Positions 1 through 12,168 of a DNA stretch of 20,000 nucleotides are shown here, piece by piece. Each line of letters begins with the position of its first letter. The first letter of the stretch is position 1. Both the position numbers and the translations under genes were made by a program. The notes beneath the pieces are model-generated. The model saw only the letters and a list, made by a program, of their open reading frames with translations. It had not been told where the DNA came from and ran no database searches. This DNA is from Priapulus caudatus (lineage: Eukaryota), in the NCBI RefSeq assembly GCF_000485595.1, contig NW_014577061.1, positions 1,588,674-1,608,673 on the forward strand. The letters are read 5' to 3'.

Positions 1-303
1 GTGAAGCTCACCTGTCTATTCGTTGTATTTTGATTTTACGTTGATTAAGCGGCATTGACATACCAATGAAAAAGGAATGCATGACCATTTCCAGTTAGCA
101 ATGTAAACTGGCAATTTTCCACTATTTCCCGGTTAAGTAAAAACGCAATTCAGGGTTTCCCGCGTTCCGGGTGACGTCTATTCTCGAATCACGAAAAATC
201 AATCGTGTGTTTTTCAGTTCGCAGATAATAAAATGTTCCCATCCTACGCCCCGAAATTAACCATAGCTTTCTTCGACACTATGCACGTTTACATGATGCT
301 TAC

Positions 304-467
304 GATATCGCTGCTTTAGTTTCAGTGGTTTTGTCTCATCGCTCGGTTCGCCTGCACCGGCTTTGTTGACTGCCCGCACTCTGAACTCGTACTCGCTGCC
401 CTCCATCAGTCCAGGAACAGTCGCCGTGGTCGAGTCTGGCACTTCTAGCGTCGTCTCCCACGACATG
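304..467 (-). CDS. Exon: Fn3 C-part (MSWETTLEVP...YEFRVRAVNKAGAGEPS...LKQRY)
   Basis: CTGCAG acceptor, C|GTAAG donor; 164 nt, phase 2 to 1. Confidence 0.9.
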
Positions 468-3400
468 CTGCAGCGACATGTCGTACGAAACGTTCGCTAT
501 CTCGGTTCCATGATCGGAATCGATGTTTGCATAGATACTATACGTTTCGTGAATGAACACGGAATTCGCTTTGACAAAACCCGAGAAAATATGTGAAAAC
601 AGTACAACCACATTCGCGCGTCGTTGAGAATATCTGTGTTTTACTTACCTACATAAAACGTTATCATAAACATATATACATTTCCGTGCACATGAATACC
701 TGTACTTCTAGCGCCTACCTGTATTTGTCCTTTTGCTCAATGATATAGCCAGTGATTGGCGATCCGCCGTCGGATGCCGGTGGCTTCCAGGATAGGTCGA
801 CATGGTCCTTGTCCCAGTCCATCACTTCCGGTGTTCCTGGCTTACCGGGTTCGTCTGAAACACAACATATTTATGACGTCGAATTTGACGTTGATTTTGC
901 GATGCGCAGAAATGACATTAGATGCCTACAAATACAGATGGCGCTAGCTCTCAGCAGCGTCGCGCAACTCTCGTCATCAAAATAATCGCCACGATGATTT
1001 CGTTTCAATAACCATTGCCGCGAAGTTGCCTGATCGATCTGGTACGGCAGTATCTCTCACCGAAGGGGTCCTTAGCGACGACGACGTCGGACTTGGTCGC
1101 CGGCGACTCTCCGAGCTTGTTGACAGCCTTCACGCGGAACTGGTACTCGTTCTTTTTCGTCAGCTTCGTCACGGCGAGCGTCGTATCCTTCACCTCCTCC
1201 AAGATGAGCCAGTCGCCGCCCTTCGTCAGATTGACCTTTTCGACGACGTAGTGCGTGACCTTGGAGCCGCCGTCGTCTGCTGGCGGCTTCCAGGTGAGAA
1301 CGAGGCTATTGCAGCTTACCTTTGACACGGCTACCGGCGGCTTCGGCTGCGACGGTTTGTCTGCGTGCAGATTAAATGCGGATTTTGAAATGCTTGCGAG
1401 TAAAATCTCTTGGACACCGTGAACTCATACACTATACCTATTCGATGGTAACCGATGATAATCTTACAATTCTGCTATATTTTTACGGTAAATACGTTAT
1501 ACTGCTTCTCGTTCGAGCACATCTATAGTACGTATGGCTGGATGCAATGCTCAGTATTTATACTAGACCCATTGAAATTTATTGAAGGTCTCTATTACTC
1601 GATGACGATACACGCACCTTGAACAAGAACTGTGGCCGATGCAGATTCTTTGCCACTTTTGTTCTGTACGGTGAGACTGTAGAGTCCACTGTCGGACCTC
1701 TCGGCATGTTTGACCACCAGGTGACTCTTCTTGTCGGTTGTCTTGGTAACGACATGATTCCCTGGCGGTACCTCGTTGATTGTCCAGATGGCTTCGGGGA
1801 ACGGGTCTCCGCTAATAGTGACTTCGTATTCGACAGTCTGTCCTACCTTCACGGTGACATCTTGTAGTGCCAACTTATCGAGCTTTGGAGCGACTGTCAA
1901 AAGAACCAATATAACAATGATAAGAGCAGTAACATAGTCAAAGTATCATAAACGATAATATCTACAATATATTTGACTGACATAGTTATCCTAACCGTTT
2001 AATAAAGAAAGGAGATAACATTATATCAGGAGTGTCATAATATAGACTAATAATAATTATAGACTGTCATAATATAGAGGTCTATACTATGACACTCCTG
2101 ATTATTTCAAGGGCACAAAACACCCGGGGTCTGTGCTCTCTTTGTCCCAGTCGTCACAAATTGTTAGTAATTGCGATAGTGACCGGGGTACATTTCGAAT
2201 AAATCGTGGCGGAAATAATTCGCCAATCGCGTTCATTTCTCACTATCATTGATTAAAACTAGTCGGGTGGTAAAATTAGCGTAATATCATCTCGATCCCA
2301 CGTAGTTGCTTACGTACCGAATCTTGGCTTGGCGACGATGGGCGTTGCCGATGGCTCGCTTGGTTCGCCTGGCCCTGCCTCGTTGAGGGCCTTCACGCGG
2401 AACGTGTACTCGTCTCCTTCGACCATCTCTTCCACAGTCGTCTGCAGCACGTCACCTCGCACGTACATAGTCTTCAACCAGTTAGTACTGAAATGTATGA
2501 GCCCGTCGTTATGTGAACGCTCGAGCATTGGGTGGAAGTATGCGGAGAAGATTTTGAGTATTGGCGCGAGTTGGCAGAGATTTTGGATGGATAGTTAAAA
2601 GTTGGGTTATTTTGAACAAAGACAATAACGTCCTATGTTATAACGTCTATTTTTTTTTTACAATTCAACCATTTCCTTGCATCATTATATATATATATAT
2701 ATATATATCTACAAAAAATAGCTATGGTATCTTAATTTTAATTCACCTAAATTTAGTTTTTCTTTCGACGATATAGCCCGTAATAGGGGAGCCACCGTCG
2801 TCTTTGGGCGCTGTCCACGTCAGGTCGGCATGGCTCGCATCCCAATCCTCAGGTACGGGCGCACCCGGTTTACCAGGCACGGCTACACAATAGCACATAA
2901 TAATCACCAACGCATCTTATACGCGTTAACACTATTAATGACACTATAGAATATATATATTAGAACATCTGTAAGAGCGGTTGTAATAGGTTTGTATCAC
3001 GTGCTCGCTAGGCGACTGAACCTAGTAAAAATTATGCCTCATAGATGTAAACCGAAAATTTACCACGAACAATAAAAAGTTTGCCCAGGGCAGTTGTCGG
3101 TGACTTTTGAAGTTAGTGTCACCGTTTATCGTTTTAGTGTCAACGGCCACTAACTCCACCAGAGGGAAGAGATAGTCGATACTCACTGAACGGTGGCTTG
3201 GCGGTGGACAGCTGTGACGGCTGGCTAGCGGGACTCGAACCTGCTGCGTTGAGTGCCACCACTCTGTACTGGTACTCGTTGTTCGCGATCACTGTCTTGT
3301 CGTTAAAGGCCAGCGCCTGCGGGAGCAGCAAGCGTAAAGTTAAGCATCTGTACGAGGTGCGGTCGAACACTTGGCACGTCGAATGCATCGAGGATTTTCG

Positions 3401-5516
3401 CTGCGAAACACTTTAGTTCGTATCGCCGTGTTTGCATGCCCATGAGGCGTAGTATTCGAATGATTTCGATGATAGCACGAGTTACGGTTGATTTCGTTGC
3501 AAAATACTTAACTAAGTTGAGCTAAGTTTAACGCACCGCTGTGACTGCCCCTGAAATTAGTATTCGATGATTTAAATGGTTTCGTTGATGACGGGTGTGT
3601 GATCGTCTTCAACTTGCTGACATTTTTACCTTAACGGGCTTTTTACTGACGACGACCCAGTCGTCCGAAGTTTTCGATTTCCTTTCGACGTCATATCCAG
3701 TAATGGGACTGCCTCCGTCATCCTCCGGTGCTGTCCACTCGATCTCTATATGTTCGTTGTCACATTCGATGACCTCTGGACGACCCGGCGCACGCGGCTC
3801 GTCTGCGTAACGAAAAATGCAAACTATATAATGGCAGTCGAAATAAAGTTAATTAATAATTCTGTTAAATTTATTATTCCGCTTTGCATGATCTACTATT
3901 ACGTCAATAGGTAGTCTCATTATAATTAGGCACTAGCTTTTGCGCTGTAGAAGCGGCAGCGATCCCAGCATGCTGCCCTCCCGTGATTAAACATCGGGTA
4001 AAGTTATGAAAACACATGAACATGTAATCTCGAAGCCAGTAGGAATTGTAATATTGCACTGAGCATCGTGAAAACTGCACAAGTCAACACATGCCGACAC
4101 ATGACCGTTATTAGAACGTCTAGTTATAATGCAACCCAAGGCCTCGCAGTCGATTACTTTGGAATTAAATTTTAGAAATGTGATTTCTTATACGGGATGA
4201 TTATCGCGACGCAGTACCATGCAAGGTAGCAACGTTCGACGCAGTACCATGCAAGGTAGCAACGTTCGACGCAGTACCGTACGGGGCGCCCATATGTGAC
4301 GCAAAACTACGTCTGAAGCTTCGCAGAGCATGACGCACCACTGCATAACGTAGTGAAAGGTGACACAGCACGACGCGACGCCACACCGCGTAACACAAGA
4401 CCGTCTGACGCTTCAGGCAGCGTGGCGCACCACCGCGTAAAACGCAATACCGTCTGACGCAGCGCGGCGTGACGCAGTCCTCCCGTGACGCAGCAGAAGA
4501 AGCAGCAGCAGCAAGCGCAGACGGACGCGACTCACCGAACGCGTCCTTGGCGACGATCGGCTGCGACTCGAGCGCGTCGGAGAGTCCGTTCTGATTCTCG
4601 GCCATGACGCGGAACACGTACTCGTGTCCCTGCGTCAGCTTGCCGGCCGTGAAGCCCGTCGCAGCCACGAAGCCGCTCAGGCTCTCCCAGCGCTTCTGCG
4701 TCGTGTCGCGTCGCTCGACGGTGTACGAGAGAATCTCCATGCCTCCGTCGTCCTTCGGCGGCTTCCACGACAACGCGCAGCTCTCCTTTGTCGTGTCGGC
4801 GATGGTGAGAGGACCCTCCGGTGGGCCTGGTCGATCTAAACCAACACAGCGATTCGTGAGATCATTCGTTGACATTAGGCCCTGTTTGAGGGTGCATGTC
4901 CACAATCACCGTATATATATATATATATATATATATCACCTAATCATAATATTGTATACCTATATCTTCAATCCCCATCGCCTAAACCTAGATCGCCATC
5001 ATTAACATTACCCATCAATCACCCTGTATTAAGACACTAAACACACAATAAATATTAAGAAATGCTGTAAAAAAAGCAATAAATGAGTAAAATACTGTAA
5101 AATTAAGAAAACCTTAAGACTAAAAAGGAGCGATAACATATGATGAATGCGCGCTGACCTGTGACGGTGACTTTACAAGATGCCGAATCTTTGCCGTGGT
5201 CATTGCGTACGCTGACCGTGTACTCGGCCGTGTCCGAGCGCTCGGCAGAGCTCACCATTATCTGACTGCTCGTCTCGGTTGTGGTTACCACACATCTGAT
5301 GAGAGAGCATTAAGATCACACTAAGCGAACAAGCACTCACACACGCACACGCACGCACGCGCGCACACAAACACACACACATACACACGCACGCATACGC
5401 ACACGCACACGCACACGCACACGCACACGCACACGCACACGCACACGCACACGCACAGGCACACGCACACGCACACGCACACGCACACGCACACGCACAC
5501 GCACACGCACACGCAC

Positions 5517-5547
<31 letters not shown>

Positions 5548-6931
5548 AGTCACTGGTCATGACTATATAGCAGCAGTTAAGTTGTAAATTGAAATAACCG
5601 AACCAGTTGTTATGGATGGGTTCAACACGTTTGATAGAATTACATTTTTGAGATAATGCTTTGGTACACAATTGCACAGGTTTACAGTGTTAGAATATGT
5701 CAGGGACATGATGGTACGCATGACACCGCTTGCACACGTACCTGGTGGAAGATTCCACAGGCTCTCCTGCCTTTGTCCATTTCAGTTCTGGAGTAGGTTC
5801 GCCGGACAAACCGACATTTAATTCAAAAGGCTGACCAGCTTTGAGCTTGAGGTCTCTCAGACCCGATATATCCAGTTTCGGCGCAACTATTGAAGAAATC
5901 ACACGAAACACGAAAAAACGAATTTAATTTCACAAGACACATACGTTCACAAACTTCGCACAAAATTATCGCATTGCAACATAGTACGTTACAAATCTTT
6001 CTTGAAGGAGGTGATTCGCGCGTATGCGAGATCACGGCGAGATGCGAACATTGCAACGCGTCATTATAACTCAAATGCTTCTGCTAACAATCCAGATCTA
6101 CGTTACACGTACTTCGTGTCTTAAAGAGTTAAAGGTGTAGGAGAACCTACTTTATAAGTAAAAGAGAGAGAGAGAGAGAGGGTGGCGAAAGAGAGAGCGA
6201 GCAATCGAGTGAGTGGAAGAGAGAGAGAGAGCGCGAGAGAAAGAGAGAGAGAGGGAGCGCGAGAGAACGGGCGAGAGAGAGAGAGTGAAAGAGAGAGTGA
6301 GAGTGAGAAACAAAGACAGTGATAGAGAAACACACAGGAAAGGAAGAGAAAGAGAAAAGAGATAGGAAGTGCGAGCCGGCGCGAGAGAATCGAGAGACGC
6401 TAATTCACTCACCGAATCTAGGCTTGGCGACCATTGGCTGTGACGGCTCACTAGGCTCGCTGGGGCCCGCCTTGTTCACGGCAACGATCCTGAACTGATA
6501 CTCAACGCCCTGCCGCAGCCGACCGGCCGTGTACGTCAGCTTCTCGCTCGTTCCCGCCTCCGACCATTCGCGCATCTTGTTGTCTCGTATCTCGATGACG
6601 TATTTCAGTATCGGGGAGCCACCGTCGCTCTCGGGTTTCGTCCACTTTAGGTCGGCGTGGTCGCTGTTCCAGTCGGTAACCTCTGGTCGTCCGGGGGCGC
6701 TGGGCTCGTCTACAATATAGAGATCGTGTGTGCAAACGACGGTCCAGAATTGTCATATTAATATAGCTACATGCATTCCCATCATTATATCAGGAGAACA
6801 TGCTATCTCTATTCACGTTTTCCTGATTATATGATATAACATCGTCGCTGACATGATAGGAAATTGATGTGTGTGTGTGTATGTGTATGTGTGTGGGTGT
6901 GTATGTGTATGTGTGTGGGTGTGTGTGTGTG

Positions 6932-6978
<47 letters not shown>

Positions 6979-9900
6979 ATGTGTGTGTGTTGTGTGTGTG
7001 TNNNNNNNNNNNNNNNNNNNNNNNNNAATCTATCATCGTCCTGCGCAGTGACATTTCGTTTGGCGGGCAATATCAAATGCATAAGCCGCATGAGTCACCT
7101 TCGACGGTGACGTCACAGGAGGTCTTTGCCTTGCCGTGCTGGTTAATGGCTTTGCAAGTGTAGCTGCCAGCATCATCCAGCGACAGCTCCATGATGAACA
7201 GATGACACACGCCGTCTTCATCCATCGTCATCTGGTAGTTCTTAGACTTCATGATCAAGACTTCGTTCCTAGAGTGTAGCCATTGAAACCGCGAGAGCGT
7301 TAACACGAGATGTGCGAGCGTCGTCCGCGCACACGTACACGTGCGAACACGATACATTTGATAACACTGTATTACATCCTAATGCATTGCGTTAGTTTCA
7401 TTATTATTTTTTATGTTTGTATGTTTGTATTGTTTTGTGTGTGTTGTTGTTTGTATGTTTGTTATGTTACATTAAATTTTATCACACTACATTACATTAC
7501 GTTACGTTACATTACATTACATCATTACATTACATTACATTACATTACATTACATTACATTACATTACATTACATTACATTACATTACATTACATTACAT
7601 TACATTACATTACATTACATTATATTACATTACATTACATTACATTACATTACATTACATCATTACATTACATTACATTATATTACATTACATTACATTA
7701 TTACATTATATAAAGAGTTAATAAAGACAAATTGTCTTTATTAACTCCTGATTATATTACATTATATTACATTTAGGCAATAGTTTCTAAGGGATATAAA
7801 CAGTGACAGGGAATGGCTTTGAAAAAAAAACCGAATCTAACTGTGATTGTCGCACTTACCTGTACCAGGTCACCGTTGGCATGGGATGACCCTCGACTTT
7901 ACAGGTAAGCTCAATAAGGCCTGCGACAATCCCATTCTTGTCAACGAGCTTCTCCACAAAGGAGGGCTTCTGCTTCTTCTCTTCGATCTCAATCTTGACC
8001 TCATCCCTAAAGTGAATAATAACAGAATAAATATGAGGTTTATGCGATAATATAAAATAACAAAATAATAATCTAATCTCGTCTATTCTGCTGTATTCTA
8101 CTTCTCGATGGTCGGTCTCTGATTGGTTTCAGACTCGTTTGTTGGTTTCGTCGCATTATAAATGTGCTTTATTACGGTAAACAATCCGGTTTTGCTTATG
8201 CCGATTCCTCGGTTATATAGCTTATTCGCTGGCCGTCGCCTACGCAGCTTCGTCTTAAAACAATTTCCAGAAGAGAGCATCCCGAAGCGTCTGCCACGTG
8301 CCTTCCCTATTATACCTCCACAAAGCGCAGTTCTATAATGAGAGACTGCCTGCCAGCCTAATTTTTGCCTAGAGGATATTCATGTTATCATGTTTCCATC
8401 CATCTGCGATAAATAGCTTTCCGTCATGTGTTTTTGATTTTCCAGGCTATATCTATCATTTAAACCGCTAATCTAGATAGACAGACCTTCTTCAAGCTAG
8501 CTATCCATGGTATGTTTGATTTCTGACAGTTATTGCTTGTGATAATAGATGCAACTACATGGAAATGCGCAACCAAGATAGCTGCAAGCTAAATATCGTT
8601 GCTTCTGCATTTAGATTTTCTAGCGTCGTTTGCTCTGCGCATAGCCCTTATTACGGGATCTCTAATATGACACCTTTCAGTCATTTGGCTCCAATCGTAG
8701 AGCATAGGCCCTCGGCAGTTGCGTTGTTTTCGCTTCATTTACAGGCTTTGTCTAGCAAAACTACTAGCTCGTCTATATATGAGGTTGTTAGCCTTGCCAA
8801 CGAGTGAGATAAATTGCTTTCTTTAGCAGTGTCGACTGAGGCATATCGGTATAGAGTACATTGCTCAAAACCATAACAGCAGTGACTTCGATGGAACTCG
8901 CCCTCCAGTTCTAATATGACATCCCCACTTACTTGACTTCCAATTCAGCCGACGCCTCTCCCATGTTGTTGCTGGCGGTAACTTTATACAGACCTCTGTC
9001 CGCCTCCGTGACTCCCTGTAACGCGAATTAATAACGAATAACATGATATACAGCGCGTGCGGCGAAATAAGGACTGTTTAATATTTTCTGATTCTTATCT
9101 TTGATCATTTGTCGTGATTCTTGCATTGCATTTGTAAGTTATTGCACTCATCGCTAGCTGGACACGAATGCGTCCAGACTCCCTAAATATCCGATTCCTA
9201 GTTACCCGCCCGCCTACCCAGTTACCCGCTCTCTAGTTACCAGACTCTCTAGTTATCTGTTGCCTAGTTACTCCCCTTCCCATAGTACACCATAGACTTC
9301 CTAGTTACTCGCTTCCTAATTACTAGACTCCCAAGTTACCGGACCCCTAGTTACCGGACTCTAGTTACCAGACTTCCCCGTTACTCGTTTCCTAGTTACC
9401 AGACTCCCTAGTTATCAGCTCCCTAGTTACCAGACTCGATGTCTAATTATCTGTACCTTAGTTACCAGACTTCCCCGTTACTCGTTTCCTAGTTACCAGA
9501 CTCCCTAGTTATCAGCTCCCTAGTTACCAGACTCGCTGTCTAATTATCTGTTCCCTAGTTACCAGACTTCCACGTTACTCGCTTCCTAGTTACCAGACTC
9601 TCTAGTTATCAGATCCCTAGTTACCAGACTCGCTGTCTAATTCTCTGTTCCCTATAGTTACCAGTCGGTAATATAGCGGCGCCACCAAGCGGTATCTAAA
9701 CGAGGACACGCCTTTTCCCACTATGCTGCCCACGCCATTTTCCTATATTACAAACTTGCTCATCATCTCGTGCTGACCTTGATCTCGAGAGTGGCGAGGA
9801 AGTTGGTGGAACCTTGCTGTCTGATCTGCATCGCGTAGCGGTCGCCGCTGCTCAGCTTGCTGCCGGCAAAGTACCACTGCATGTCCGGATCGGGCTTGGC

Positions 9901-10538
9901 GCGTACGAGGCACTCGATGATGAGACGGCTGGCGTCCTGGGACGGCACCACTGCTGGCTTCTCAATAAACTCTGGCGGCATCTTTATTCCACCTGCGCGG
10001 AGGAGACGGAAAGTATGCGCGTATTTAGATTCATGAAAAATTCGAAAATGAGGACCACCCCGATCCGGCGTGGCGTCTGCACACTGCAATACCTCTGATA
10101 TGCGTTATGGCTAGATCCAATCTACTGCAGTATATATATGCACACACACAACACACGCACACACACACAGACCACACACAGCCAACACCACACATACGCA
10201 ACACACACTACACACGAACACCACACCGACACACAACACACGACCACACATACACACACACGCGCGCCGGCGCGCACCACACGCGCGCGCAGCAACACAC
10301 ACACGTACACAACGCGCGCACACAGACACACACGCACACACAGACACACGCGCGCGCACATGCACATGCACACACACACACCAACGTACGCACGCACGCA
10401 CGTAGCACTCATACACACACACGCACGCACGTACGCACGCACGCGCACGCACGCACATACACACACATATACACACATACACACACACACACACACACAC
10501 CACACACACACACACACCAAACACACATACACACATAT

Positions 10539-10569
<31 letters not shown>

Positions 10570-10593
10570 CACACGCAATCGCGCGCGCACATG

Positions 10594-10633
<40 letters not shown>

Positions 10634-12136
10634 ACACACAGCACACACACGCACACGCAACACACTGCGCGCGCGCACACACACACAACACACACCATGC
10701 ACATACACACACAACTGTCACACACACAAACACACACACACACACACACACACATGCACACACCACACACCCACACACATACACAACACACCACACACAA
10801 TACACATACACACACACAATCAATTTCCTATCTGTCAGCGACGATGTTATATCATATAATCAGGAAAACGTGAATAGAGATAGCATGTTCTCCTGATATA
10901 AATGATGGAATGCATGTGCTATATTAATATAACAATTCTGGACGCGTCGTTTGCACACACGAATCTCTATATTGTAGACGAGCCCAGCGCCCCGGACGAC
11001 CAGAGGTTACGCGACTGAAACAGCGACCACGCCGACCTAAAGTGGACGAAACCCGAGAGCGACGGTGGCTCCCCGATACTGAAATACGTCATCGAGATAC
11101 GAGACAACAGATGCGCGAATGTCGGAGGCGGAACGAGCGAGAAGCTGAGTACACGGCCGGTCGGCTGCGGCAGGGCGTTGAGTATTCAGTTCAGGATCGT
11201 TGCCGTGAACGAAGGCGGGCCCACGAGCCTAGTGAGCGTCACAGCCAATGGTCGCCAAGCCTAGATTCGGTGAAGTGAATTAGCGTCTCTCGATTCTCTC
11301 GCGCCGCTCGCACTTCCTATCTCTTTCTCTTTCTCTTCCTTTCCTGTGTGTTTTTCTATCACTGTCTTTGTTTCTCACTCTCACTCTCTCTTTCACTCTC
11401 TCTCTCTCCGCCCGTTCTCTCGCGCTCCCTCTCTCTCTCTTTTCTCTCCGCTCTCTCTCTCTCTTCACTCACCTCGATTGCTCGCTCTCTCTTTCGCGCC
11501 CCCCTCTCTCTCTCTCCTCTTTACTTATAAAGTGGTTCTCCTACACCTTTAACTGCTTTAGACACGAAGTACGTGTAACGTAGATCTGGATTGTTAGCAG
11601 AACATTTGAGTATAATGACGCGTTGCAATGTTCGCATCTCGCCGTGATCTCGCATACGCGCGAATCACCTCCTTCAGAGAGATTTGAAACGTACTATGTG
11701 CTAATGCGATAATTGTTGTGCGAAGTTTTGTGAACGTATGTGTCTTGTGAAATTAAATTTGTTTTTCGTGTTTCGTGGTGATTTCTTCAATAGTTGCGCC
11801 GAAACTGGATGTATCGGTCTGAGAGACCTCAAGTCATAAGCTGGTCAGCCTTTTGAATTAAATGTCGGTTTGTCGGCGCGAACCTACTCCAGACTAAAAT
11901 GGACAAAGGCAAGAGAAGGCCTGTGGAATCTTCCACAGGTACGTGTGCAAGCGGTGTCATGCGTACCATCTGTCCCCGACATATTCTAACATCTGTAACC
12001 TGTGCAATTGTGTACCAAAGCATTATCTCAAAAATGTAATTCTATCAAACGTGTTGAACCCCCATCATAACAACTGGTTCAGTTATTTCAATTTACAACT
12101 CAACGTTGCTATATAGTCATGACCAGTGACTTGTGT

Positions 12137-12168
<32 letters not shown>

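Noticed and set aside
1..13. Possible splice site at the window edge (minus strand CAG|GTGAG)
   Set aside because: No polypyrimidine tract and too little sequence to judge
4207..4278. 30-bp direct repeats as a possible CRISPR array (also considered for 9195-9664 and 19362-20000)
   Set aside because: Contiguous tandem units with no unique spacers, eukaryotic intron context and no cas genes
363..5005. Plus-strand ORFs overlapping exons (e.g. 363-596, 1015-1251, 2329-2598, 4604-5005)
   Set aside because: Antisense shadows of Fn3/Ig exons with no independent protein signal
7310..7744. HYITL-repeat ORF
   Set aside because: Translation of the (CATTA)n microsatellite
8098..8880. Possible transposon coding remnant or extra exon in the 8007-8932 intron
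   Set aside because: No recognisable protein motif, and the flanking exons already join in phase (AA|G)
10107..10896. Long His/Thr- and Cys/Val-rich ORFs (up to 252 aa); similar ones at 5200-5677, 6813-7163 and 17236-17478
   Set aside because: Translations of CA/TG microsatellites, open in several frames on both strands
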